Below, in pieces: positions 9,382 to 18,876 of a stretch of 64,000 bases of DNA. Positions within the stretch are counted from its first letter, which is position 1. The number at the start of each line of letters is the position of its first letter. The DNA is taken from assembly GCA_046294755.1 (NCBI GenBank), contig JBKBON010000006.1:50452-114451 (forward strand). Reading direction: 5' to 3'. The notes under the pieces are model-generated. The model was not told the origin of the DNA. It saw only the letters and a program-made list of their open reading frames with translations, and did no database searches. A program made the position numbers and the translations under genes. Origin of the DNA: Allorhizobium sp. Lineage in GTDB: Bacteria; Pseudomonadota; Alphaproteobacteria; Rhizobiales; Rhizobiaceae.

Positions 9382-10428
9382 TCAGCCGCCGGTAACGCTC
9401 ATGTGGCGGGCAACGGCCGGCCTGCGGTGATTGCGGTCAATGATGAAGTCGTGGCCCTTGGGCTTGCGCGAAATGGCTTCATCGATGGCTGCCGACAGGT
9501 AGGCGTCGTCATCGGAAGCTCTGAGGGCGGTCCGCAGGTCTGCGGCATCGTCCTGACCGAGGCACATGTAAAGCGTGCCGGTGCAGGTGAGGCGCACGCG
9601 GTTGCAGCTTTCGCAGAAGTTGTGCGTCAGCGGTGTGATGAAGCCCAGCCGTCCGCCGGTTTCGCGCACCTCGACATACCGCGCGGGGCCGCCGGTGCGG
9701 TAGGGAATCTCGTCTAGCGTGAACTGTTCTTCGAGCCTCTGGCGCACCAGGGATAGAGGCAGGTACTGGTCGGTCCGGTCTTCGTCGGTCTCGCCCATCG
9801 GCATGGTTTCGATCAGCGTCAGGTCCATGCCCTCGCCATGCGCGAAGCGCAGCAGCTCCGGGATCTCGTGCTCGTTGAAGTCCTTCAGCGCGACGGCGTT
9901 CAGCTTGATGCGGATGCCGGCTGCCTGTGCGGCCCTCACCCCTTCCATGACCTTGTCCAGTTCACCCCAGCGGGTGATGGTCTTGAACTTGGCCGGGTCG
10001 AGCGTGTCGATCGACACGTTGATGCGCCGCACACCGCAATCCGCCAGCTCTGCGGCGTGGCGGGCAAGCTGGGAGCCATTCGTGGTCAGCGTCAGCTCGT
10101 CCAGCCCGTTGCCGATGTGCCGCGAAAGGCCGCGCACGAGGTGCATGATATTCTTTCGAACCAAGGGCTCGCCGCCGGTAAGCCTCAGCTTGCGTACGCC
10201 CTTGCCAATGAAGGCGGAACAGAGCCGGTCGAGTTCTTCCAGTGTCAGGAGGTCCTTCTTCGGCAGGAAGGTCATGTTCTCCGCCATGCAATAGGTGCAG
10301 CGGAAATCGCATCTGTCGGTGACGGAGACACGCAGATAGGTGACGGCTCGACCGAAGGGGTCGATCATCGGTGCGGCTCGGTCGGTGAGCGGTTCTGCGT
10401 TGCGCCAGTCGGCGGGGCTATGGTCCAA
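9382..10428 (-). CDS. moaA: GTP 3',8-cyclase (radical SAM)
   Basis: [19 protein letters not shown]-terminal [11 protein letters not shown]...C cluster and terminal GG. TTG at 10428 follows AGGAGG. Confidence 0.96.
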   Translation of the reverse strand: MDHSPADWRNAEPLTDRAAPMIDPFGRAVTYLRVSVTDRCDFRCTYCMAENMTFLPKKDLLTLEELDRLCSAFIGKGVRKLRLTGGEPLVRKNIMHLVRGLSRHIGNGLDELTLTTNGSQLARHAAELADCGVRRINVSIDTLDPAKFKTITRWGELDKVMEGVRAAQAAGIRIKLNAVALKDFNEHEIPELLRFAHGEGMDLTLIETMPMGETDEDRTDQYLPLSLVRQRLEEQFTLDEIPYRTGGPARYVEVRETGGRLGFITPLTHNFCESCNRVRLTCTGTLYMCLGQDDAADLRTALRASDDDAYLSAAIDEAISRKPKGHDFIIDRNHRRPAVARHMSVTGG

Positions 10429-10574
10429 CAGGCTCCTCCTGTCCGTTTGAGTCAATGTGGGGCCTCATGCTTGAAGCGTCAAGTTGACACCGGTCCTGTC
10501 GCGGATTTGCGTTGCAAAGCTTGAATGATCGCCCTAGGTCTGCAGCAACCCCATTCGACAGAGACGAGTGCCCC

Positions 10575-10937
10575 ATGAGTGAGATCTGGCCCAGCGAGCT
10601 GAAAGTGTCGAAGGATCGTCGTCTTCTGACGGTGACCTTCAATGACGGCTTCGTCGCCTCGCTGCCGGCGGAAATGCTGCGTGTCCTTTCTCCCTCGGCA
10701 GAAGTCCAGGGGCATGGGCCTGGTCGGAAGGTCACTGTGCCGGGCAAGCGGAATGTCACGATACGCCAGATGGTGCCGACCGGGAACTATGCCGTGCGCA
10801 TCGGTTTTGATGACGGGCATGATACCGGGATCTTCACATGGCTCTACCTGCGCGAGCTCGGCGAGAGCGGGGCAGAGAAATTTGCCGCCTACGAGGCTGA
10901 ACTTGCCGAAAAGCGTCTCAGCCGCGATCCTCGCTGA
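10575..10937 (+). CDS. DUF971 / gamma-butyrobetaine hydroxylase N-terminal-like protein
   Basis: LRVLSPSAEVQGH and GNYAVRIGFDDGHDTGIFTW motifs. Confidence 0.88.
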   Translation: MSEIWPSELKVSKDRRLLTVTFNDGFVASLPAEMLRVLSPSAEVQGHGPGRKVTVPGKRNVTIRQMVPTGNYAVRIGFDDGHDTGIFTWLYLRELGESGAEKFAAYEAELAEKRLSRDPR

Positions 10938-11409
10938 TCTCCAGATCCTGCATCTCATCGGCTGACAGCATTCGCTGAATCAGCAGGTCCATGGTATCCG
11001 CCAGCTTCTGGCATTCGTCGATCGGTGTCACATACAGCGTGCGCTCGATGAGATCCGTCTGGATGCGCATGGCCTTTTCGCACAGCTGCCTACCCTCGTC
11101 GGTCAGAAACAGTCTCAGCACCCGTTTGTCCTGCTGGTCAGGCCTCCGCTCCAGAAGTCCGCGTTTTTCCATCTGCGGCAGCAGCATGCTCATGTTGGAA
11201 CGGCCGACCAGCAGTTTGCGGGCGAGTTCCTGCTGCGAAATCCCTTCGAAACGGTAGAGATTGACCAGGATGTCGAGATGCGGCGGCTTGATGTCGAGCG
11301 GCGCCAAGGCGCGTCCCAAGGCCTGCTGCATCAGCTGGCAGGCGCGGGCCACGGAGATCCAGCTGCGAAAGCGGGGATGGTCCCAGGGAAAGGCTTGCTT
11401 TTTGTTCAT
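10918..11409 (-). CDS. MarR-family transcriptional regulator
   Basis: ISQQELARKLLVGRSNMSMLL winged HTH and DQQDKRVLRLFLT. Confidence 0.92.
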   Translation of the reverse strand: MNKKQAFPWDHPRFRSWISVARACQLMQQALGRALAPLDIKPPHLDILVNLYRFEGISQQELARKLLVGRSNMSMLLPQMEKRGLLERRPDQQDKRVLRLFLTDEGRQLCEKAMRIQTDLIERTLYVTPIDECQKLADTMDLLIQRMLSADEMQDLEISEDRG

Positions 11410-11422
11410 TCTTGTACTTTAT

Positions 11423-11438
11423 TGTTCAGCATTGAACA
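11423..11438. promoter_or_regulatory. Palindromic operator, probably bound by the adjacent MarR
   Basis: TGTTCA-GCAT-TGAACA perfect inverted repeat in the 47-bp divergent intergenic gap. Confidence 0.65.
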
Positions 11439-11456
11439 TTTGATGGGATTCCGACT

Positions 11457-12383
11457 ATGCCATCCTTTCCTCTCAAGGTCACCCGCCTGGCTTTCGCGCA
11501 GGTGGAGAAGCTGTCGCCAGAGCTTTCCGGTCGTCTCGCCTTCGAGCTTTTCTGTCGAACGCCAAGCCGCCGTCCGAAAGGCGCGAAGGCTAAGCAGGTC
11601 TTCATGATGGGGCGCAGCCGGCTTCGGCAGGCGCAGACAGTGCGGCTGGCGCTGTCACGCGGTATGGCGGCAGCGCATCAACTTCCCGCAGACGCTGCGG
11701 GGGACGGTGGTCATCGAATCCTGGTGGTTCATGGCTGGGGATCACGAGCCGAGTATCTGTCCGAACTGGCCTCGGGTCTCAAGCAGGCGGGTGCCCAGGT
11801 CGTCATTCTGGATCTGCCGGGGCACGGGGCATCCAGCGGTCGCCGGCTCGACCTGAAGATCGCGGCAGAAGCGATCGTCGCGGCAGAACGTCATTTTGGT
11901 CGTTTTGACGGGGTCGTCGGCCATTCCTTCGGCGGAGCCGCGCTCATGATGGCGGCGGGTCGTGTCTTCCCCGAGTTGCAGCCGCTCGAGGCTCGCCGCA
12001 TCGCCTTGATCGGATCGCCGTCGAGCATGGGCGAGGTTTTCAACGGCTTTGCCACAATGGTCGGGCTGGGCCGCGGCAGCGTTAGAGCGATGCGTAACCG
12101 CGCCATGGAGCTTGTCGGAGCACAGGTCGAGGATCTCGATGGAGTGGCGGTGGCCCGGCGCATCGATCGTCCCCTGCTGGTCGTCCACGCCGAAGACGAT
12201 AAGGAGGTTAATGTCGGCCATGCCCAGCGCTATATCGGAGTGTCCCCGCATGTCCGGCATCTCTGGGCCAATGGATATGGACATCGGCGGATTGTCAGTG
12301 CCCCTGAGGTGATCCAAGCCGTGGCCTCGTTTCTCGCCGAGGCAGATACACCCGGCCAGTCGAAGGTGCTCGCTGCGTCATAG
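11457..12383 (+). CDS. Alpha/beta-fold hydrolase
   Basis: VHGWG, DLPGHG, nucleophile GHSFGG, HAEDDKEV and GHRRI catalytic motifs. Confidence 0.9.
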   Translation: MPSFPLKVTRLAFAQVEKLSPELSGRLAFELFCRTPSRRPKGAKAKQVFMMGRSRLRQAQTVRLALSRGMAAAHQLPADAAGDGGHRILVVHGWGSRAEYLSELASGLKQAGAQVVILDLPGHGASSGRRLDLKIAAEAIVAAERHFGRFDGVVGHSFGGAALMMAAGRVFPELQPLEARRIALIGSPSSMGEVFNGFATMVGLGRGSVRAMRNRAMELVGAQVEDLDGVAVARRIDRPLLVVHAEDDKEVNVGHAQRYIGVSPHVRHLWANGYGHRRIVSAPEVIQAVASFLAEADTPGQSKVLAAS

Positions 12384-12451
12384 CGCCGTCACGGCTCTTC
12401 CCTAAGTCGCGTCCTTGCGAAATGCTGCCGCGTGCTAACAGAGGGCGACTC

Positions 12452-13060
12452 ATGACCATCATCCGCAGCGTCGAGGATCTGAAAGCCATCTATGGCAAGG
12501 TCAGCGAAGCCTCCACCGCCAAGGTAACGACCTTCCTCACGCCGGCCTACCGGCGGATGATCGAGATGTCTCCCTTCGTCGCGCTCGCCACTTCGGGGCC
12601 AGAGGGGCTCGATTGCTCGCCGCGCGGCGACCGCGGCTCTGTCGTGCGGATCGAGGATGAAAGGACCCTGGCCCTACCGGACTGGCGCGGCAACAATCGG
12701 GTCGATTCGCTTCTGAATATCGTGCGTGATCCCCGGGTGGCCCTGATGTTTCTCATTCCCGGGTCGAATAGCGTGATGCGCATTAATGGTCGCGCCGTGG
12801 TGTCGGTTGAGCCGGAACTGCTCAACAGTTTCGAAATGGATGGCCGCCACCCGCGCAGCGTTGTGTTGATCACAATTGAGGAAGCCTATTTCCAATGCGC
12901 ACGCGCTGTCATGCGCGCCGAATTGTGGCAGCCTGAAAGGCAGGTGGCGCCGTATGACCTGCCGTCGCCGGGTGAGATGCTTAAAGCTGCGAAAGAGGAT
13001 TTCGACCGCGAGACCTACGACAGGGAATGGCCTGCGCGGGCGGCAAAGACCATGTGGTAG
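12452..13060 (+). CDS. Pyridoxamine 5'-phosphate oxidase-family FMN-binding protein
   Basis: DCSPRGD, PDWRGNNRVDSLLNI and YFQCARA motifs. Confidence 0.88.
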   Translation: MTIIRSVEDLKAIYGKVSEASTAKVTTFLTPAYRRMIEMSPFVALATSGPEGLDCSPRGDRGSVVRIEDERTLALPDWRGNNRVDSLLNIVRDPRVALMFLIPGSNSVMRINGRAVVSVEPELLNSFEMDGRHPRSVVLITIEEAYFQCARAVMRAELWQPERQVAPYDLPSPGEMLKAAKEDFDRETYDREWPARAAKTMW

Positions 13061-13072
13061 TCTGGTGCTGGA

Positions 13073-14137
13073 TCAGCGCTTGTAGATCAGCCAGCTCTTG
13101 TTGAAGTCCTTCTTCATGCCGTCTTCGTAGGGCTTGGTCCGATTGCGACCGGCATTCTTGGCACAGTAGAGCGCGATGTCTGACTTGGCGTAGAGTTCGC
13201 CTGCATCCTCCGCCTCTGTGGCCATGGCAAAGCCGAGCGAAATGGTGATCGGTCCGTAATTGACGCCGGTCTTGGAATTCTTGAACGGTGTTGTCTCCAG
13301 CGCGATGCGGATGCGTTCGCAGGTCTGATAGATCTCGTCCGCGGTGTTGCCCTCGATGATGATGGCGAATTCTTCGCCGCCGGTGCGGGCCACGAAGCAA
13401 TCCTTGCGCACATTGCTGCGGATAACCGTCGCGACTGTCGCCAGGATCTTGTCCCCAACCGGATGACCGTAGACATCGTTGACTTTCTTGAAGTTGTCGA
13501 TGTCCGCGAGAACGAGCGCCGCAAGCGGCTTTGTGCCGCTGGTGTAGACTGCGGCAAGCTTTTCGTCGAAGGCGCGGCGATTGGCGATGCGCGTGAGCGA
13601 ATCCGTGTTTGCGATCCGCTTGTACTCGTCCAGTTCGCGGCGAACCTCGTCCATTTCCTGCGAACGCTGCGACATCTGTACGACCGTCTCCTCACCATGG
13701 GCCATGGTCGACCCGGTGGCTTCGGTCAGGATGCTGATGGCGCTGCGCAGGATATCGGCGCTGTGGCTGCTTTTGGAATTGATCCGTTGGTATGTCTCGC
13801 CCAGAAGGCGGTTGTAGCTCTGCAGTGAACTCTGCTCCTGCTGCAGGATGCGCAGGAGCCCGTCGAGCTCGCCGATCAGCTTGTCGTGAACCGTCTCGAT
13901 TCCCTTGGCCTGATGGGCGCCGAAATATTGTTCGCCGAGCGCATCGAGCTCGTCCTGAGTTGCCCTGCTGCCAAGAGCGGCAAGTTCCCGGGTCAGTGAG
14001 GGATTGGAGCCGATATACGCTTCGTAGAACAGCTCGTAATTGCGCGGGATGGGAGCCACTCCCATCGAGCGCATAGCGTAAGTGATGTGTGCCGCAACGT
14101 CAGGTACCTGCGTTTTCGGCGGTGTTGCCGTGCTCAT
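13073..14137 (-). CDS. Diguanylate cyclase (DgcB-like: N-terminal helical domain plus coiled coil plus GGDEF)
   Basis: DSLTRIANRR, DIDNFKKVNDVYGHPVGD, RTGGEEF, ALYCAKNAGRN. Confidence 0.92.
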   Translation of the reverse strand: MSTATPPKTQVPDVAAHITYAMRSMGVAPIPRNYELFYEAYIGSNPSLTRELAALGSRATQDELDALGEQYFGAHQAKGIETVHDKLIGELDGLLRILQQEQSSLQSYNRLLGETYQRINSKSSHSADILRSAISILTEATGSTMAHGEETVVQMSQRSQEMDEVRRELDEYKRIANTDSLTRIANRRAFDEKLAAVYTSGTKPLAALVLADIDNFKKVNDVYGHPVGDKILATVATVIRSNVRKDCFVARTGGEEFAIIIEGNTADEIYQTCERIRIALETTPFKNSKTGVNYGPITISLGFAMATEAEDAGELYAKSDIALYCAKNAGRNRTKPYEDGMKKDFNKSWLIYKR

Positions 14138-14355
14138 TCGGCCAACTCCAATGGTCGCCAGTCCGGGCCTTCAATGGCCATATGAGAAATTACAGGCAAA
14201 TGATTGGAAAATGTTTAATGTTTAAGCAACGACAAATCGTGGGCTTGAAAATGAACGATAACCGCTCTTATTTGATAAGTACCTGCGAAACAAATAAAAT
14301 TTGCCGTTGCGAAATCTGGATTCCGCAACGGCAACCTTCACGCAGTTAGAGAAAA

Positions 14356-15963
14356 TCAACCGAGATTGAATTCCTGGAAGAAATCATTGCCCTTGTCGTC
14401 GGTAACGATGAAGGCGGGGAAGTCCTCCACCTCGATCTTCCAGACCGCCTCCATACCCAGTTCAGGGTATTCCAGAACCTCGACATGTCTGATGCAATCC
14501 TGGGCGAGGCGGGCGGCGGGGCCCCCGATCGAGCCAAGATAGAAGCCGCCATGGGTCTTGCAGGCCTCGCGAACCGCGCGAGAGCGGTTGCCCTTGGCGA
14601 GCATCACCATCGACCCGCCGAAGGACTGGAACTGGTCGACATAGGAATCCATACGGCCGGCCGTGGTCGGGCCGAAGGAGCCGGAGGCATAGCCGGTTGG
14701 GGTCTTGGCGGGACCGGCATAGTAGACCGGATGGTTTTTCATGTAATCCGGCATGCCTTCACCCTTTTCAAGCCGTTCGCGGATCTTGGAATGGGCGAGG
14801 TCTCGGGCGACGATGATCGTGCCGGTGAGCGACAGGCGTGTCTTGACCGGATGTTTGGTCAGCTCGGCCAGGATCGCGCTCATTGGCTGGTTGAGGTCGA
14901 TCTTGACGACGGAGGAGGAGAGGGCGGTCTCGTCGATGTCGGGCATGTATTTCGACGGATCTGTCTCGAGCTGCTCGATGTAAATGCCATCCCTGGTGAT
15001 CTTGCCCTTGGCCTGGCGGTCGGCGGAACAGCTGACGCCAAGCCCGATTGGCAGTGATGCGCCATGACGCGGGAGGCGAATGACGCGCACGTCATGACAG
15101 AAATACTTGCCGCCGAACTGTGCGCCGACACCCATGGACTGCGTCAGCTTGTGGATTTCCTTTTCCATCTCCAGATCGCGGAATGCGTGGCCACTTTCGG
15201 AGCCTTCGGTCGGCAGGTCGTCGAGATAGCGCGCCGAGGCGAGTTTGACCGTCTTCAGCGTCATTTCGGCGGAAAGGCCGCCGATGACGATTGCCAGGTG
15301 GTAGGGCGGACAGGCCGCCGTCCCCAAGGTAAGGATCTTCTCCTTAAGGAAGTCGATCATACGATCATGCGTCAGAAGCGAGGGTGTGCCCTGGTAGAGG
15401 AAGGTCTTGTTGGCCGAGCCGCCGCCTTTTGCCATGAACAAGAACTTGTAGGCGTCCTCGCCTTCCTCGTAGAGGTCGATCTGGGCGGGCAGGTTGGTCT
15501 TGGTGTTCTTTTCCTCGAACATCTTGATCGGCGCGAGCTGCGAATAGCGCAGATTGCGGCGCTCGTAGGCGTCGCGCACGCCTTCGGCCAGTGCCGCGTA
15601 GTCCTGCCCGTCGGTCCAGACGCGGCGACCCTTCTTGCCCATGACGATCGCCGTGCCGGTATCCTGGCACATCGGCAGGATGCCGCCGGCGGCGATGTTG
15701 GCGTTCTTCAAGAGGTCAAAGGCGACGAATCGGTCATTGTCGGTCGCTTCGGGATCTTCGAGAATAGAGGCGAGCTGTTTCAGATGACCCGGGCGCAGCA
15801 GGTGGTTGATGTCGGAAAGGGCCGTCTCTGCCAGAAGGCGCAGTCCCTCCGGCTCCACGGTCAAGATCTCCTGACCTTTGAAGGTTTCGACGGACACGTA
15901 GTCCGAGGTGATCTTGCGGTAGGGGGTCAGGTCTTCGCCAATTGGGAACAGATCGTCTGCCAT
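14356..15963 (-). CDS. fumA: Class I (Fe-S) fumarate hydratase
   Basis: [43 protein letters not shown] and DDKGNDFF motifs. Confidence 0.95.
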   Translation of the reverse strand: MADDLFPIGEDLTPYRKITSDYVSVETFKGQEILTVEPEGLRLLAETALSDINHLLRPGHLKQLASILEDPEATDNDRFVAFDLLKNANIAAGGILPMCQDTGTAIVMGKKGRRVWTDGQDYAALAEGVRDAYERRNLRYSQLAPIKMFEEKNTKTNLPAQIDLYEEGEDAYKFLFMAKGGGSANKTFLYQGTPSLLTHDRMIDFLKEKILTLGTAACPPYHLAIVIGGLSAEMTLKTVKLASARYLDDLPTEGSESGHAFRDLEMEKEIHKLTQSMGVGAQFGGKYFCHDVRVIRLPRHGASLPIGLGVSCSADRQAKGKITRDGIYIEQLETDPSKYMPDIDETALSSSVVKIDLNQPMSAILAELTKHPVKTRLSLTGTIIVARDLAHSKIRERLEKGEGMPDYMKNHPVYYAGPAKTPTGYASGSFGPTTAGRMDSYVDQFQSFGGSMVMLAKGNRSRAVREACKTHGGFYLGSIGGPAARLAQDCIRHVEVLEYPELGMEAVWKIEVEDFPAFIVTDDKGNDFFQEFNLG

Positions 15964-16134
15964 CACGGGGCCTTTCGCGGCGTCAGCTGGAAATTCCGGT
16001 GGTTTACGGGGAAGGACTTAAGATTTCAATGCAGCGAAAGCCGCAAGTGGCGCGTTGACACCACTGGCCGCCTTCTGGAAAAGCCCCAGGGGCGGGCCGC
16101 GCCATCGTGGGTCACAACAGGAGTGAAGCAAGGT

Positions 16135-17007
16135 ATGCCATTGGACTACGCCAACCGATCAAAATGGTATCGGTCGATTGTCGCCAAGATCTTTGTGGTC
16201 TGCTTTGTTTGCATCCACGTTCCGCTCGTTGCGCTTCTCATCAATTTCGGCACCGTTTCTCATGCCGATGCCGTGTCGATTGGTCTCGTCGTGCTCGCCG
16301 CCACGTTGATTGGCACGATAGCCTGCCTCGTCACCATGTGGTGGCTGACGCGACCGCTCCGCAACCTGGCGATTGCCATCGGCCGCTATCGTGCCGGTGG
16401 CGCATTCGTCGAGGAGCGGCTCAACAAACACGGAAATGATGAGATCGCGGCTGTGACGCGGGCAGTTTGCGGCATGGTTGGAGAGATCTCGGCGCTTGCG
16501 GAGCGCGGGGATGGACAGCCGGGCCTTGACCCGCTCACGGGGCTTTTGAATGGCAGTGCTGCCTATGGTGTGCAACTTGGTCCGCTCGCGCGACAACCAG
16601 GTGGCGTGGCTGAAATAATCGTCGTCGTCTTCGAGTTGGATGCTACAGGTGCGTCCCTGTCCGATCTTGACCAGGAAACGATCGATCATGCGCTGGTCGC
16701 CGTCGGCGACCTGGTGCGCGCGCATTTTTCGCCCCGGCCAGTGGCCGCACGGATGTCGAACACGACATTCGTGCTGCTCTTCACGAGAGATGAGAGGGCG
16801 GTCGTGCATGCCTGTTGTGAGGCGATAGCGCGGGGCGTGGCAGCGCTGGAGATCGACTTCCTGGCAAGCGGTAGCCTCAACTTGACCTTCGGACTGGCTA
16901 TTCGAAGGGGCAACGAAGCCATGGCCGATCTGCTGCATCAAGCGGACATGGCTTTGTTCAGGGCTAAAGATATTCGCCGCACGGGGCTGGAGATGTTGCT
17001 GCGCTGA
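16135..17007 (+). CDS. Membrane-bound HAMP plus degenerate GGDEF-domain protein
   Basis: Two TM helices, HAMP (RPLRNLA...GNDEIA), DPLTGLLN, active site reads ARMSNTTF, C-terminal ADMALFRAK. The 647-aa track ORF is over-extended antisense to fumA. Confidence 0.8.
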   Translation: MPLDYANRSKWYRSIVAKIFVVCFVCIHVPLVALLINFGTVSHADAVSIGLVVLAATLIGTIACLVTMWWLTRPLRNLAIAIGRYRAGGAFVEERLNKHGNDEIAAVTRAVCGMVGEISALAERGDGQPGLDPLTGLLNGSAAYGVQLGPLARQPGGVAEIIVVVFELDATGASLSDLDQETIDHALVAVGDLVRAHFSPRPVAARMSNTTFVLLFTRDERAVVHACCEAIARGVAALEIDFLASGSLNLTFGLAIRRGNEAMADLLHQADMALFRAKDIRRTGLEMLLR

Positions 17008-17038
17008 CCCGAGTTTGCTGGTGCTGGGCGTATCGACC

Positions 17039-18427
17039 TTACTGCGGCCCGATCATCAGCTCCGGACGCACATACTGGTCGAATTCCTCATTGGTGAGAT
17101 AGCCTCCGCCGACGGCCTCTTCGCGCAGGGTCGTGCCGTTCTTGTGGGCGGTTTTGGCGATCTTGGCGCAGAGGTCGTAGCCGAGCTTGCCGTTCAGCGC
17201 GGTCACCAGCATCAGCGAATTCTCGACACCCTTCCTGATGTTGTCTTCCCGGGCCTCGATGCCGACGACGCAGTTGTCGGTGAAGGAAACGGCGGCGTCC
17301 CCGAGGAGCTGGACCGATTGCAGGAAGTTGTAGGCCATCATCGGATTGTAGACGTTGAGTTCGAAATGGCCCTGGCTGCCAGCAAAGGTGATGGCCGCCT
17401 GGTTTCCAAAGATGTGGGCGCAGACCTGGGTTAGGGCTTCCGACTGCGTCGGGTTGACCTTGCCCGGCATGATTGAGGAGCCGGGTTCGTTTTCCGGAAG
17501 CGCCAGTTCGCCGAGGCCGGCGCGCGGGCCGGAGCCAAGGAAGCGGATGTCGTTGGCAATTTTGAAGAGAGCCGCGGCTGCCGCATTGATTGCGCCATGG
17601 GCGAAAACCATGGCGTCATGGGCGGCGAGTGCCTCGAACTTGTTCGGAGCCGTCACGAAGGGCAGGCCGGTGATCTTCCCGATTCCCTCGGCGACCTTTT
17701 CGGCAAAGCCGATCGGTGCGTTAAGGCCGGTGCCGACCGCAGTACCACCCTGGGCAAGCTCGTACAGGCCCGGCAGGGTGAGTTCGATCCGCTTGATCGA
17801 TGAGGCGACCTGGGCGGCATAACCGCCAAACTCCTGGCCGAGCGTCAGGGGGGTGGCATCCTGGGTGTGGGTGCGGCCGATCTTGATGATGTGATCGAAG
17901 GCCCGGGCTTTGGCATCAAGCGCGGCATGCAGATGCCGCAGAGCCGGCAGCAGATGGTGGACCACATGCTCGGCTGCCGCGATATGCATGGCCGTCGGAT
18001 ACGTGTCATTCGACGACTGGCTCATATTGACATGGTCGTTCGGATGGACCGGCTTCTTTGAGCCCATCTCGCCTCCCAGCATTTCGATCGCACGGTTCGA
18101 AATGACTTCGTTGGCGTTCATATTGGACTGGGTGCCCGAGCCGGTCTGCCAGACCACCAGGGGGAAGTGATCGTTGAGCTTGCCGTCGATAACTTCCTGG
18201 GCGGCCGACACAATGACGTCTCCCAGCTTGGCGTCGAGCTTGCCAAGCGCCATGTTGGCCCGTGCCGCCGCCTGCTTGACGATCCCCAGGGCCCGAACGA
18301 CCGGCAGAGGTTGCTTTTCCCAACCGATCTTGAAGTTTCCGAGGGAGCGTTCAGCCTGTGCGCCCCAATAGCGGTCGTCCTGGACTTGGATCGGGCCGAA
18401 GGTATCGGTTTCAGTGCGGTGCGTCAT
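17039..18427 (-). CDS. fumC: Class II fumarate hydratase
   Basis: [43 protein letters not shown]. Confidence 0.97.
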   Translation of the reverse strand: MTHRTETDTFGPIQVQDDRYWGAQAERSLGNFKIGWEKQPLPVVRALGIVKQAAARANMALGKLDAKLGDVIVSAAQEVIDGKLNDHFPLVVWQTGSGTQSNMNANEVISNRAIEMLGGEMGSKKPVHPNDHVNMSQSSNDTYPTAMHIAAAEHVVHHLLPALRHLHAALDAKARAFDHIIKIGRTHTQDATPLTLGQEFGGYAAQVASSIKRIELTLPGLYELAQGGTAVGTGLNAPIGFAEKVAEGIGKITGLPFVTAPNKFEALAAHDAMVFAHGAINAAAAALFKIANDIRFLGSGPRAGLGELALPENEPGSSIMPGKVNPTQSEALTQVCAHIFGNQAAITFAGSQGHFELNVYNPMMAYNFLQSVQLLGDAAVSFTDNCVVGIEAREDNIRKGVENSLMLVTALNGKLGYDLCAKIAKTAHKNGTTLREEAVGGGYLTNEEFDQYVRPELMIGPQ

Positions 18428-18666
18428 GTGATGTCCTGCCTGTGAGAATGGCTTGAGTGGCTGCGGGCCTTGGTAAAAGAGTTAGGTGCTTGAGGTGCCG
18501 TTGCAAGCTGAACAGCATAAGATGATAAAATCCATCCACTAAAATATGCTGGGATTTCGCGCCGTCATTTGCGCATCACGCATGTGGCGTTTCCGGCACG
18601 TCTCACGACTATTTGTCGTGATGTGATTGTGGATGATCAGCCCCTTCTGGCTACGAATTTTTAACG

Positions 18667-18682
18667 TCAATCAAAATTTAAC
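18667..18682 (+). promoter_or_regulatory. CtrA-like box upstream of the L,D-transpeptidase
   Basis: TCAA-tcaaaat-TTAAC, preceded by a second TTAAC half-site at 18661. Confidence 0.45.
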
Positions 18683-18876
18683 TAATGTTTCCATTTAGTT
18701 TGCGACGAGACCGCAGGTCCATTCGACGGAAGGGTCACACAGAGTTGACGGTGCAGCGCCGGCGACATGGGCTCTGTCCAACTTTTCAACGATATGCCGA
18801 TCCGCTAGTGATCCGCGCAAGATACTCATGATGCCGCGAGTCCGCATTGGATTCGGACCGGGAAATGGAACAGAGA

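Noticed and set aside
14138-14355. AT-rich region upstream of the DGC with two TTAA words, considered as a CtrA site or foreign DNA
   Set aside because: The spacing does not fit TTAA-N7-TTAAC, and the region is too short for an island; ordinary promoter DNA.
15064-16134. N-terminal 357 codons of the 647-aa track ORF
   Set aside because: Mostly antisense to fumA; only the part from ATG 16135 (SD upstream, TM-HAMP-GGDEF) is credible.
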